Part shown: one piece after another, positions 19,801 through 39,333 of the stretch
Layout: every line of letters begins with the position of its first letter
How positions within the stretch are numbered: position 1 is the first letter of the stretch
From: the human T2T-CHM13v2.0 reference genome, Homo sapiens
DNA: 64,000 nt
Strand: one strand, 5' to 3'
Assembly (NCBI RefSeq): GCF_009914755.1
Contig: NC_060928.1
Translations under genes and position numbers: made by a program
The notes under the pieces: generated by a model
Told to the model about the DNA's origin: nothing
Seen by the model: only the letters and a program-made list of their open reading frames with translations
Databases searched by the model: none

Positions 19801-22800
19801 GTTTGGGAGAGAAAGGAAGTGCTTCAGTAGTATATAGATTAGGGTTTTGTCACTTCAAAGCCATCTTTGATCTAAAAATATGTGCTGTACCAAATTCATT
19901 ATGTCTTTTTTTAAAGAGCTTTTAAATTTATTGATCTTCTCCTCAATTATTCTCCTTTTACGTCCAATAATGATGTGCGAGATGGTAGTGTTGGGCAAAG
20001 CCTAAGGAGGAGTGTGGGGTGAATGCAGCCAACTGGTCACTTCTGAGGTCATTACAAGAACGAAACAACAGGTGCTTTTGTTTAGTGTTGATTCTTTTCT
20101 GAATCCCTGTGTGGACAAAGGCTTCTCTTCTATTTATTGCTCAACATAATGATATCGGTGCCAAGAGAATAAGACAAAATTACGTTTGGTATTACAGCAT
20201 AATAAGTCATAGCGTGTACAAAAATTGTGCCTACAGTTGCTTTCACCCTCACCTTTGAGGCCACAGGTTTCTCCAGCCAGCGCAGGAGTTCTGTGGAGAA
20301 AGAGCAAGAGACTTCTTTGTTGACCAACAATTTGACTTCCTCTAGAAGCAAGCTTACATTGTGCTGAAACTCAGCTTGCCAAAGTTCTTAGAATTGAATC
20401 ATTAAAAAAATCATACAGAGAAGAAGAGAATAAGAATTCCTGTGTGAAAATGTACTTTAAAAATAGCACTATGAGCATTTATGGCTTAGACAGTAGGCCA
20501 CTTGTTTAGAAGGTCCACTTGTCCTCCTTTTGTTGTTGTTGCTGTTGTACACAATGGTTGTGTGGAATTACTATGTTTTAAACAACACCTAGGACAAAGG
20601 GGTGTACAGTTTACATCCAAACTATCATGATTAGCAATTGTCTCCTAAAACTTCACATGTAATAACCAATTTAGGACAGAACAAGCTACTCATTTCCACT
20701 CCTGCAATTAGGAAAAGGAGGTGAAAATAAACACCTTAATTTCATTTTTTTGGTCTAAATGTTATGTTACTTGCCTCTTGATAGTCTACTTTATAATTTA
20801 GAATGATCTAGATGCTTTTGATATTTACTATTTTAGCAAAGAATTTCAAAATCTTATATATTAAAGAAAATATGTAATTTTAAAGCATGACCTCAGGCTC
20901 CTAAAAGCAATGACAATTGCTTCTTTTGAAAAATCACTTTTCTGAATTTTCAAAAGCTAGTATAACACAATGCCTTTCATTTTGCCTAACTAGTTTAGAG
21001 GTCTAGGACTCTATCCATGGACCTTCAATCCACAGTAAATTCTGGATAAAAACAGCCAGCATTTTCTATATGTCATGTACTTTTATCCTTACTAAGAAGT
21101 AGATACAATTGTTAGCTCAATTTTACAGATGAGAAAGTGAGACACAAAGACATTAAGCAACTTGCCCATTCTCTCATATTCCAGTAAATGTTAGAGCTAG
21201 AATTCAGACTTGGGTACTTTAGATCCAAAGCCTCTGCTCTTATTGCTGGGGCCCAGAATACATGGGACCTGGAATACCTACATACGCTTCTCCTGATTCC
21301 TCCTGGTACAGAACAAGTAAATGTTAGTTCTTCTCTCCCCTTCCATCCCTTCAGCTCCCCAGTCCTGGTCTCCTGCCCTACACAGTCCAAGCAAGTGGGC
21401 CAAGAGATTGCAGCAAAGGAGAGGGGCCAGAGAGGAATCTTATCTTCTGTCCTGGCTTCTCCAGTTTTCCTCCTGCCTGCACATTAAACACACAGGGACT
21501 GACGTGCTGAGACCTGGTAAATTCAGACAGTGGGGTTCACGGTTCATCGTATCCTTTGAAGGACTCCTCCACCACTTCATTCAAGATATCTGATGTCATT
21601 TCTCTTGACTTCGTTTTAACTAGAAAACCTTGATTTTGATTATTTTTTAATTTTTGGTGAAATCAGTAAATGCCATTTTGAAGAAAGAAAGAAGTAGACT
21701 ATGAAGGAGAGTGTTTTGGGGAAAGATCTCTGTGTCGTCTTAGAGTTCACCTGCTTTGTGACTAGTGAATGCACTACAGAAACTGGCAGACAGCAACACC
21801 CTCAGCCTGCCTCGGAAGAGACAAAAGTAAATACCCGTCTCAAAGAGAATGCACTGAAATATGATATCAGCTGCAAGAGAGGGCCATCTCCTCCGGTCAA
21901 ATGAGAAAAATCATATTATCCTCGCTGTGGTATACAAATAGCTTGTAAGCCACATTCTCCATTTGAATGATAACAATAAAGTGCTAACCTCGCTGCTGCA
22001 GGCCAGCCTGATCCCATCTCCAAACACAAACACTTCTGCCTGGGTTTTGGCTGGGGGTTGTGCTGTGGCCTCCCAACCCCCACCCTTTCCCCCCCTTCTC
22101 CCCCCTACCCCCGTTAATTGGCTGAGACCACCAGAATTTGGAGGACACAGATGTCACTGATAGTTTTCCTAGGGAGCACATTCATGCCCATCTGTTGCAG
22201 CCTAGAAGGCTGTTCATATATCCACAAGGCCTTCATTTAATTCTTGTCAGAAAGTAATGTAAATCCAGTTTACCTCAGAGGTCGCAGGCGAGATTTATGC
22301 CAATGAGCCCCCTGCAATTTACACACACTGTAGTTGTATAGGATGAAAAGAAAGCCTTTCATGTTGGTGCATATTAACAAGAAAGCCTGCCTTCCGAGAG
22401 AGGCTTTTTGATTGAGGTTTCTCCTGATTTTAATACAGCCGATGCCAGTTGGTATACCCAGCTTTAGAAAAGCGGGGAAAAAATCTAATCTTTAAACTGA
22501 AGTTTCTTCTTTTATAAGAAGTAAAAGAGAAAGAGTGAAATCCTAGCAAGTGGCACTGCCATGTCTTTAATTATCTCTTACTAGACAAAACTCCCTCGCA
22601 CTTGGAGAAGACAGTGTGACAGGAGAGCACGTTCCAGCCTGAACTGCTGCGAGTGGAAGTCTAGGGAGAGCTCAGTTGTAAGCAATGATCTTTCCAATGT
22701 GAAAATAGTGGGACTGAACAGTTGAATTAGACTTCTGACTTTTTGTCTGTCTCTTTCTAGTATAGTTAAAGTATGGAGTTTGATAATTTGGATCAGGCTA

Positions 22801-23029
22801 GGTAGAAATTGATTCATCAGTAAATTGGAAGAAGACATATGTGATATATACATAGAAAATAATTCATAGAATTATCTTATTGGAAGTCTAAGAGCATTAA
22901 AAAGGACTTGGGTTACATCTTTCAATGTATTGATACATTTTGAAATATTCAGGACTGTGTAAGTAGGCTGGAAGGCAAATGGTTTTAAAAGCATTCATGG
23001 GGTCAAAGACTCCTGGAAATTCTGAATAC

Positions 23030-23185
23030 ACACCTTGTTTAGTATGTGACCTTGGGAAAGTTACTTAACCTCCATGACCCTCAACTTTCTCATCTCTAAA
23101 GTGGGGATCATAAAGCCAATATCACAAAGTTTTGTGTCTGAGGTGCACAGCATAGCACCTAAAGTACAGAAAGTATTTAACCAAT
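23030..23185 (+). mobile_element. MIR
   Basis: tgtgaccttgggaaagttacttaacctc...ctcatctctaaagtggggatcataa. Confidence 0.65.
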
Positions 23186-24191
23186 AGCAATTTTCCCTCT
23201 CCACCTTGTCTTTTGGTGGTACCTGTGACAGCAAATTACAGATTTAAAATGTTAGTTAATTTGGTTCAAAACCTCTAAGCATTCAACTCACCAGACTACT
23301 TTTTCGTATTTAAAAAATGTTTAAAGATCAATGAAGTTGGAGATTTTCTTTCCCACTGTTTAGAATTTTTGTTGTCAGCTGTTTAATTTTTTAATTCTGT
23401 AGAAAGTAGAATAATAGAAGTGTGTTGGTTTCGGTAAAAGTAGGCATGGCTGCCATGCTCATTCAGAGTTGTAGCCTCTGATTTCCCAAGACAGTGTTAA
23501 TAGGGGGCGTGCTTCTCGTGTTTTTATAGACAGTGCTCATTTACCCATACTAATGGCTTTGAAGTATATGGTATGATTATTTTTGCACCACATTTAACTT
23601 TTTGTTTGTATTTTGCTTAAGATAATATTAAAGTTCAGCTGTGATTTCTAAGTACATACTAACAGGACAATGAGGCACAGTAACCTAGAAGCATTACATG
23701 ATGTGGATGTGGGTGGAATGGGGCCCTGATTAAAAATACAATGTGTTGTTGGCAACACAGTAAGCAGATACTCCAAATATGCATAATCTGGACTTAATTA
23801 CAGAATTGGATAAAGCAGTAGCTTCATTTTGCAGAGTAGTGGTCATATTAGGGAGGCCGAAGCCCAATTTTGTTGGTTATCTAAACCAGGGAAGAGGAGA
23901 TTTCAAATAATTTCAGAACGGTCTCTTGCTGCCTCTCAAAATTCATCAAGACCATTCCTTTTTGTTGGGGTCCTCAAAAGAGAATTTTTAAATTTTTTAT
24001 TATTAAAAATTTCGAATATGTTGTTACAAAAGTAGAGGGAGCAATGTAAAAACTTCATGTACTCTTATGTAGCTTCAACATTTAATAGTCCATAGCCAAC
24101 CTTGACTAATTTACATCTTTAATTTCTCCCCAGCTCCATGCCTCAAATTCTTTTGAAACAAATCTCAGACTCCATATAATTTCATTTCTAA

Positions 24192-24509
<318 letters not shown>

Positions 24510-27500
24510 TGAACTCTTTTTAAATATAACCACACTACTTTTATCCCACCTTAAAAATTAACACTAATTCTTTAATATCATTTATTATATCATATATTAT
24601 CAGTCAGAAATCATGGGACTTTGAGTTTTAAGAAAGGAAATTCATTATTTGAGTCTCATATTACAAATTAGTTGTTTTGCTTCCATAACACAACAGTTTC
24701 ATGAGGACTCTTAACGACATTCATTGTGGATTTATATGGTTGACACGTTTTGTGATATGTGGTAGTAACTTTTAGAATGAGAATGTGTCACCTTGTTGAA
24801 AAATAAAAATCACACCATCATTATGTTCCTACTCCATCTTCATTGATTCATTTGGATAAGTGTTTTCCAAACTTATTGGTGTCAATGAAATTGTATGTGG
24901 ATGGCCATCATATAAAACAGATGGAAATGAAATTGCTCTGGGTCCATGATGCCAACCAGTCATTTGGCCTACTCTTTCCCCATGTGGGGCATTGCAGGTT
25001 TTGGTATGTGAAATGCTTTCTTAAGTATATACTATTTTCCCATTATGATTTCAGGGTAAGACAAATTGCTGTGTGAAACAGTTTTAAGAATAGAAGATTA
25101 CACACATAGCCAACATCGAAAAACAAACAACAGTACAGTATTTACTTTTTAAGCTTCCTACCAGCAAAAATAATCTTTCACTTAAAGTAATTAAAATGTT
25201 TATTGTAATGGGAAGAGTCCACTGTGCTCATAAATAACGACCCCACTTCTCAGTTGACTACACTGGGGCCTCCTGGGAGGAGATGTATTTGCTTCCTGTC
25301 AGGATTAATCTATAAATGCAATCACCACTTAGACCTCATCAGTTCTTTTCTTCCCCTTCATTGGTCCTCTGGACTTATATTGTAGCTCGAATAAGGTCAA
25401 ATTAGGATACTTTTTCCCCAGGAAAAATATAGCAGTAGCTGTTTCAGTGTTTTAAAATTTGAGAATCAAGCCTAAGAGTCGTGTCTTTAAATAAACTACA
25501 TATACTTTTCTGTCATAGAATCAACATTCTGTTAAACTAATGATTTCTGCTTGTCAGTATGATGATCAGTTTCTTCCCCACAAAAAGCAGGACACAGAGT
25601 GGTCTCACATAAAACCACAGTGGCCTTAAAAGCTTATGTCTAACTTCTGGCACGTAATCTTAATGAGTTGCTATTTGAACTTTGACAAATCACTGAACTT
25701 TTGACTTAATCTTCAAATGGGAACCATATTCCTTGCTACCTTCCTCACTGTAATCTTATAAAAGTCATATCATCAACCCGATTCAATTTTCTTTGTCAAG
25801 ATCTAATAATAAATACCTTTTCTTCTAAGTAGTATAATAGTAGGAAGGATGGAATGAATTCTCCAACTTTCCTAAATTTAAGTAAACTCATCCTGTGGGT
25901 CAGAATGTTGCTTTGGAATTTTTTACAAGTTGAATTATATAATTATGTTTACTTCTCGAATGAAGTTGTTTCTGTGGGTTGAAAATATCTCTTCTGTTTC
26001 TCTGGTAACCTTCCAAATACCAAATATGTATACAACAGATATTCAGTAAATGCTTAAATACCATTGAGAAGTTTACAGATACAGTGCATCTTATTTGATG
26101 CATTAAACTTCTAAGTTAGCTATGAAAGCCAAGCTTTAAGGAAAGAGCAGGAAGCAAGCAATTATTTTTTGCCAGTAATAGACTGTGTAAAAGCTAATAT
26201 GTTTCACTTGCCTATTTCGATTTACTTATTTTTTAAAAATTTCCTGTATCACACTGTTAGCTCTATACTGGCAAATATTCCTTCATTAGCTAAAAGCAAA
26301 GAATAGAATTAACACTAAGTCTCAGATCGCCATCCTCCTTATTAGAGAAAGGAGAAAATGAGAGTTCTTCCGCTTGAAGAGGTACCAAAGAAAGTAAGCA
26401 GAGTGGTTCAAAAACAATAATCATCCCCTAAGCCAGGTGATTGGCGTTCTGAGCACATTTGCTCTGCAACTTAGCCGCATTTCACTCAGTCACATAACTC
26501 TTACAGAAAGTGTAGAATCCTGAAAGTCTAAAACTGTGCTCATTTTCCAAATCAGCCTGGTGAAATCTAGTTCTTGATTCTCAAATTCAGAATTTCAGTT
26601 TTAAGTTTAAGGGCATTAAAACTGCAAGTTATAGAGTGAATAGAAGAAGGCCTGGTTTTCTAAACAAGTCTGTTGGTCTCTGAAGGCTAGCTACACCAAG
26701 GCCTCTGTGCTTTGCACAAGCCATGAGGTGCTTAGGCGCGGTGTCGAGAGGTAAGTCAACAAAAAATGAAATGTGCTATCTTTTCTTTGCAGACACATTT
26801 TGAGTTTGTTCTCCTTAAGATCAGGCAGGACTAGTAGAATCCTACTGTCGACTGCTTGTCTTACAGAGTCCCTTGCTGCTGGCCTGTACTTAGTTGTCAC
26901 TCTGTGAATAGCTTGGCATGTGGGTGTTTGCTGTCTTTGCGCCTGCAAAGTGTGCGGACATCCAGGCGGTTCTCCGTTACCATCTCCCTGCCACTTGAGG
27001 ACATGCAAGTCCTATTTGTTTCCAAGCCAGTAGGAGGCTCCCTGCCAAGACCCATCGGCTGCTGGTGACATGAACACGCTGTGTGAATCACACAGCCACA
27101 TGGTGGACTTTCATTATGTCAGCCCAGGAGTGTGGTCTGCCAATCCCCAGGCCAGAGGCCCACCCCTAGGCGCCTTTGACATTTTAAGTATAAAATAAAT
27201 AAAGAGCTTTGTGTGTGTCTCGGAGCAAAGGAGAAGATGAGGGGCTGTGGGTGTTTCTGTCTGATCTGTAATCCGATGGAGGCTCTTCTTTCCTGTCAGC
27301 CACTTCAGGGCGCACTTCTCTGACACCTCAGACAGAGGCAGGCTGAGTGCCTGGAGGCAAACAGCTGATTAAACCAAGTTGGCTGGATGCAGTTTTTGTT
27401 TTTTTTTTGTCTTGTTTTAAGCAAATGAAATTCACATCTTTTTCCCTGAAAAAGTCTAATAAGTGGTCATAACATTTCAATTATTGAACAGAATTTCTAT

Positions 27501-27548
27501 TCATTAATTGAATATGGATCCAGATAATTATCTAGGAGATAATCCCAG

Positions 27549-27583
27549 TGGCAAAAACTGCAATTACTTTTGCATCAACTTAT
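27549..27583. mobile_element. Half of a MADE1 (Hsmar1 mariner MITE)
   Basis: tggcaaaaactgcaattacttttgcatcaacttat matches one MADE1 arm; the second arm is not seen. Confidence 0.65.
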
Positions 27584-27868
27584 TATTACGTGACTTTATA
27601 CTGGAAAAATATCAGGAACCTGAAGACTTTGCATAGTCAAGCAATTTTATTTCTCAAAAACCTAAATGGTAATGAAGCCAACAAGGAAACCAAATCCAGA
27701 GTAAACTAGGAGAGATTGGATAACCTCTTAAAAAATAAAATTTAATTTCTTGAAAACTTTATTGATAGCAATAATTGATACCTATGAAGCACTCACTATG
27801 TGCTAGGCAATTTTTTTTGTGTTTTACATATGTTAATTCAGTTGATGCTTATAAAACTGTGAGATTGA

Positions 27869-28198
<330 letters not shown>

Positions 28199-29750
28199 TA
28201 CATTTTAATTTTTTAAAAAAACTCTTAAGCTTTTTTTGTGAGCAGAAATTCTCAAGTATCTAAGCATGGTATTTTAGGCTCCAGAAGAAATTCACTATTA
28301 CAGTGTCCTAGTAGCCCAGACCTATGAGAAAACTGAGACATGATTTGCCTAAAGCTACTCAGCTAGTAAGTAGCAGAAATTTAAATCTAGGAAGCCTCAC
28401 TGCAAAGTGCATGTGCTTAACTTGGCTGTTTATTGATAATCAAGACAGTGAAACCACAATTCTTCATTTCAACATCTTCATTTTTCTGCTCCTGTTATTT
28501 CAGAGCCCCCACATCCCATTACTCCAAGACAGATTGCTCCTTTGTGGGCTATCTCTAACTTCAAAGCTACATAGTTCTATGCAAAATAAATTAACTTTCC
28601 TGGCTGTGAAAATTATAAATACAGATTTTAAAATACTCTGTTGCAAAACGATCCTTAATCCGCACATTTCCTGGCCTCATCAAAATAATGCAATGCTTCA
28701 CAGCCCTGACAATTTTATATTACAATATGCTTCATGCTGTTTTCATGTACGTATCACACCAACATCGGGACCCTCCCTCCTCCTACTCCATCCCTGGAGA
28801 GATGCAGCAGTTTTGACATTCTGACTCCGTTGGTATAAACAGCGCATTTCCGTTGCCTCACCCACTGTAGCACAGACTAAATGGTCAAGACTACTCCATT
28901 TCTTCTTCTGAAGATAAACTATTTCTCTTCCACCAAAATTACTCTTGCTGAGTTTTTCTCCAGACCTCTGGTACCATTTAGTGGAAAGCAAAGTGATCAT
29001 GCGTTTTCAGGACAAGTCAGGACTCTGCACTCTTATCCTGATCTTCTCTGTCATAGCTTTTGGAAGTCATTCAGCTTACTCCTGCCTCTTCACCTCCATG
29101 GCTCAAATTCTTTACCTAGAATATAGGTGGACACTATCTGCCTCTCAGAGAATACATCTCAAGTTGAAGGCTCTTTAAAGTTTATGAAATATTTTCCCCT
29201 ACTTTATGACTGCCTCCTAGTATCATGATAGTTCTGGATTTGGGGACATATGGGGTGAGTCTATGTGAGCGTTCTCTCATTTGGGGTGCAGAAATGCCAA
29301 GAAAACTTTCCTGGAAGTACCATTTTGAAGTCATCAGTGCAGGAGCCTGGAGCCAGGACCAGATGGCAGGCTTGACTCACCTTGACCTGAGATGTCGCTC
29401 TTCCAGCTATGTGGGCCAGGCTAATAGTTCGTCAGATGTCACCATGGCTGATGGAGTGGGTAACTGTAGCTGGAGAGTATGAGCGGCAGCCTCTGCAGTG
29501 ATGGCCTTTTCTTTTTCCTATTTTTTCTTCTTCAGGCCGGGAGGTAACCCATTCATGACCCGGAACACTCTCATTGCACTTCCTTGAGAAGTCAAGTTTG
29601 GTAAACACGTGCAGCTGCAGTGAACTGGACAGAGGAGGGTGGGACACAAAGGCAAGAGAGATAGAGGGAAGGGACAGCTTTGGCATCTAATTTCCCATTT
29701 TAATAAGGTGTTGTCCTCAGACTGTAAGTGTTGATATGAAAGTGACATAG

Positions 29751-30119
<369 letters not shown>

Positions 30120-30746
30120 TTTTATTTCATTTTCTATGTAAATAGAATGAAAAGATAAGTTGAATTTCCTGGCAATCTAGTGTTTCTCAAACTAATAGTT
30201 CAAACTGCTTATATATAATCAATTATCTCAATAGACTATGTTTACCATGGATCCCCAACATAAAATGAGGATCTCCTCCTCACAGTCTTTGTTCATGTCA
30301 TTCTCCAACTAGAATTCTTTTACTCACTTGTCCATCCAGCAATTCCAAATCCTATTCCCTCTAGAATTACCTGTGCAAGTGCCTCTCCCTGCTCTGAAAG
30401 GATGTATCTTTTACCACCTCTCAATGGAGTCCCTGGTTCCAACCCTAAAAGCAGTAAATGATATTCATTACCAACCCAATACTTCCAGGCTTGGGTTTTC
30501 ATTTTATTCTTTTTAATATTTTCATCAAATGCGGAACAACTATCGAGAATTTATAAAATAGATGTGATATACATGGAACATGATGAATACCCAAAGACCA
30601 AGCCATAGATTTAAATAGAAAAACATACCACTTGCTTTGAAGTCTCCTCCATGTGCTTCCTTTACATCTTCTTCCTGCTCCCCTCAAAAAATCCACAATT
30701 CTGAGTTTTAGTTAATCATTACTTTTCTTTGTAATTTTACTATATA

Positions 30747-31053
30747 CAGTCATCCTTTGGTATCCATGGGAGATTGGTTCCAGGATCTCCAGGATACCAA
30801 AATTCTTGGATGCTCAAGTCTCTGATATTATAGAAAATGGCATAATATTTGTATATAACCTACACATATTCTTACCCATAACTTTAAATAATCTCTAGGT
30901 TACTTGTAATACCTAATACAATGTAAATGCTATGTAAATAGTTGTTATATTGAATTGGTTTTTTAGTTGTATTATTTTTGTTTTTCTAAATATTTTGATC
31001 CACAGGTGGTTGAATTCATAAATGTGAAATGCACAGATACAAAAGGCCAACTG
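30747..31053 (-). mobile_element. MER2 DNA transposon (MITE), intact
   Basis: TA|cagtcatcctttggtatcc ... gatacaaaaggccaactg|TA, with imperfect terminal inverted repeats and a TA target duplication. Confidence 0.8.
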
Positions 31054-31221
31054 TATATTTGTATCCTGTAACAATATATTGTTTGGTTATAATGTTTGTA
31101 AATTTTACCCATGGATTCCTCTGTGACTGCTTTTTATATTTCTAAGATTTACCCATGTTGTTATATGTAACCATAAGTTATTCATTTGTTTATTTTTTCC
31201 CAATGTATGAATGTACTTCAA

Positions 31222-31622
31222 TTTCCTTCCTTCCTTCCTTTCTTTCCCTTTCTTTCTTCCTTTCTTTCTCTCTCTTTCTGTCTTCTCTCTTTTTCTTCTT
31301 CCTTTCCTTTCCTTTCCTTTTTTTTTTTTTTTTTTGAGATAGGGTCTCATTCTGTCACCCAGGCTGAACTGGACTGCAGTGGTGCAATCTCAGCTCATTG
31401 CAACCTCTGCCTCCCAGGCTCAAGACATCCTCCTACCTCAGCCTCCTGAGTAGCTGGGACCACAGGTGTGTGCCACCACACCTGGTTAATTTTTGTATCT
31501 TTTGTAAAGATGGAATTTTTCCATGTTATTCAGGCTGATCTTGAACTCCTGGGCTCAAGTGATCTGCCTGCCTCAGCCTCCCAAAGTGCTGGGATTACAG
31601 GTGTGATCACCGAACCTGGCCA
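31222..31622 (-). mobile_element. Alu (J/S) with long pyrimidine simple-repeat tail
   Basis: Reverse dimer at ~31320-31622, preceded by a (TTCC)/(TTTC)/T tract. Confidence 0.88.
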
Positions 31623-31932
31623 TACTTCACTTTTCTAATCCACTCTCCCCATGAAGGACATATGGTTTGTTTCCTTTTGTTTGTTTGCTATTACAAACTG
31701 TGTCACTATAAAGATTCTTATACATAGCCCCTAGACACAGATACAAGAATTTCTCTAAATTAGAGTATATACTTAAGAGTGGACACTGGGTCAGTGAGTG
31801 TGCATCTTTGATTTTACTGGATAATGCCAAACTGTAGGTTCCAATAATGGTGACTTGGAGTAACTAACACTGACTGTTCTTGATGATTGTTATTATCCAT
31901 TTACTTTTTTTTCAATCAAGAAGTTGCAAAGG

Positions 31933-32218
31933 GGCCGGGCATGGTAGCTTACACCTGTAATCTCAGCACTTTGGGAGGCCGAGGCAGGTGGATCACCTAA
32001 GGTCAGGAGTTCAAGACCAGCCCAGCCAACATGGCAAAACCCTGTCTCTACTAAAAACACAAAAACTTAGCCAGGTGTGGCAGTGCAGGCCTGTAATCCC
32101 AGCTACTTGGGAAGCTGAAGCAGGAGAATTGCTTGAACCTAGGAGGTGAAGGTTTCAGTGAGCCGAGATTGCACCACTGCACTCCAACCTGAGCTACAGA
32201 GTGAGACTCTGTCTCAAA

Positions 32219-32249
<31 letters not shown>

Positions 32250-32250
32250 G
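31933..32250 (+). mobile_element. AluS-type with (AAAT)n tail
   Basis: Full dimer. Confidence 0.9.
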
Positions 32251-32752
32251 TTGTGCAGGGTTTCCCATTGTGGTTTGAACTTGTATTTCCTGATTACTAA
32301 TGAGGTCAGACACTTTTCATATGTTTATTAGCCATTCACATTTCTTCTCCTGTGAAGTGTCTGTTCAAGTCTTTTGTCTATTCTTTTCCTACTATGTGGT
32401 TGGTCTTTTTCTCATTGATTTACAGAAATTCTTTATATATTCAGGGTAGAAATCTTTTGTCAGCTACCAAAGCTACAAATACTGTCTCCCAGTTTGTGAT
32501 TTTTCTTTCCACTTTTTTTATGGTGTCATTTTACTAATCAGAAGTTTATCCTTAATTACAATATTTTCCCTTACGATTTGCTTGTTTTTTTTCAAGCAAT
32601 TAAAAATTTATTTCCTAATGAAAGGTATTCTCCGTTAGATATTCTCTTTTACACACTGTGTAGTTTTGTCTTTCACATTTAAGTTTTTAACTAACATTGA
32701 TTTAAAATAAATAACCAGTTAGCTCAATGCCATATACTGAGCTCTATAATAA

Positions 32753-33157
<405 letters not shown>

Positions 33158-33655
33158 TAATTATATACTAATTTATTAATTATTGACATTTGGTATAACA
33201 CTGTGCTCTCCTCATTATTTTTCATCAGGAATGTCTTTATTATTCTTGAACTGTTTTTCCCTACAAATTTTAAAATCACCTTTTTAGGTTACACACAAAG
33301 ACACACAGACACAAACAGAACTGTTGAGATTTTGACTGGAGTTGCATTAAAGTTACAGACTAATTTGAATGTTGAGTTTTCCAGACCACAAACAGAGTAT
33401 CTCCTCATGTCTTCCCATGAGGTAAATGTTACAGTTTTTTCTCTGAAAGTCTTGTGCACATGTTAGAATTATTCTCAGATACTTCATGTATATTATTTTT
33501 ATACCTTACATATTTTGTACCATTGTAAATGGTGTATTTTTATTAAATTTCATTTTCTAAGCATTTGTTGCAAATTTAAGATATTTTGCCTAAGGTTAGA
33601 TTTATTGGGTTGTTGAACGATTTGTAAAATTTTGTTAGTAAAATTATATGTTTCA

Positions 33656-38260
<4,605 letters not shown>

Positions 38261-38930
38261 AGAACACTTAAAATCTACTCTTAGCAATTTGCAAGCATAC
38301 AATATAATTATTTTCAATAACTATAGTTATTAACTATAGTCACCAGATACAACAGACCTCTTGAGTTCATTGCTCCTCTCTAACTGAAATTTTGTATCCT
38401 TTGACCAACTTCTCCCCAGGCCCTGACCCCATCCCTGCATCTTCTAGTAACCCCCATACTGCTCTATGTTTCTATGAATTCAACATTTTTAGATTTCACA
38501 AATATGTGAGATCATATGTTATTTGTCTTTCTGTATCTGTCTTATTTCATTTAACATAACATCCTCCAGGATCATCCATGTTGTTGCAGATGACAGGATT
38601 TCCTTCTATTTTAAGGCTGAGTAATATTCCATTGTGTGTATATATATATGACATTTTCTTTGTCCATTTATCCTTGATGGAAATTTAGGCTGGTTCCATA
38701 TCGTGGCTATTGTGAATAATGCGGCCATGAATATGGAAGTGCAGAAATCTCTTCTATGCATTGTTGTTGCTGTAGCTTTATATTAAGTACAATGTTTTTT
38801 TGTGTGTGTGTGGAAATTTAGGTTGGTTCCATATCTTGGCTATTGTGAATAATGCTGCAATGAATATGGGAGTGCAGAAATCTCTTCAATACATTGTTAT
38901 TGTTGTAGCTTTATATTAAATACAATTAAT
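38261..38930 (-). mobile_element. L1MA-type 3' end fragment abutting the pseudogene
   Basis: agaacacttaaaatctactcttagcaattt...gagatcatatgttatttgtctttctgt is a typical reverse L1MA 3'UTR. Confidence 0.75.
38678..38926. repeat. Direct duplication, 2 x 116 bp, with a 17-bp T/(TG)n spacer
   Basis: Copies at 38678-38793 and 38811-38926; about 10 mismatches counted by eye. Confidence 0.9.
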
Positions 38931-39333
38931 GATTGCTTAGATTTTGCCAATAATCTACAAGTTTTTTGCTGATTAGTTCTGCTTGACGCTCAAGCCCTTG
39001 ATAGTGATCTTTCTTCTCTCTAAAGTACATACTTTAGAAATTTGTTTAGTGAGGATCTATTGGTGTTTCTTTTAAAATACTTTTATTTTGCAGGTTTTCT
39101 CCCCCAGCATATGAAAGATACCCTTTTGCTGTCTTCTTGTTTACATTTTTGCTTTTAGGTAACCAACTGTATGTAAGTCCTTTGTTGTTTCTTTGAAGGT
39201 AATTTGTCTTTTCTCTCTAGCTGCTTTAAAGATCTTCTATGTCTTTGGTGTTCCATGGCTTCATTATGATATTTTTCTACATGGATATTTATTTGTTATT
39301 TATCCTGCTTAGAGATCCTGAATATTTTGGTTA

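Noticed and set aside
28324-28824. 166-aa ORF
   Set aside because: Starts in a MIR fragment, with no recognisable domain or exon structure; likely chance.
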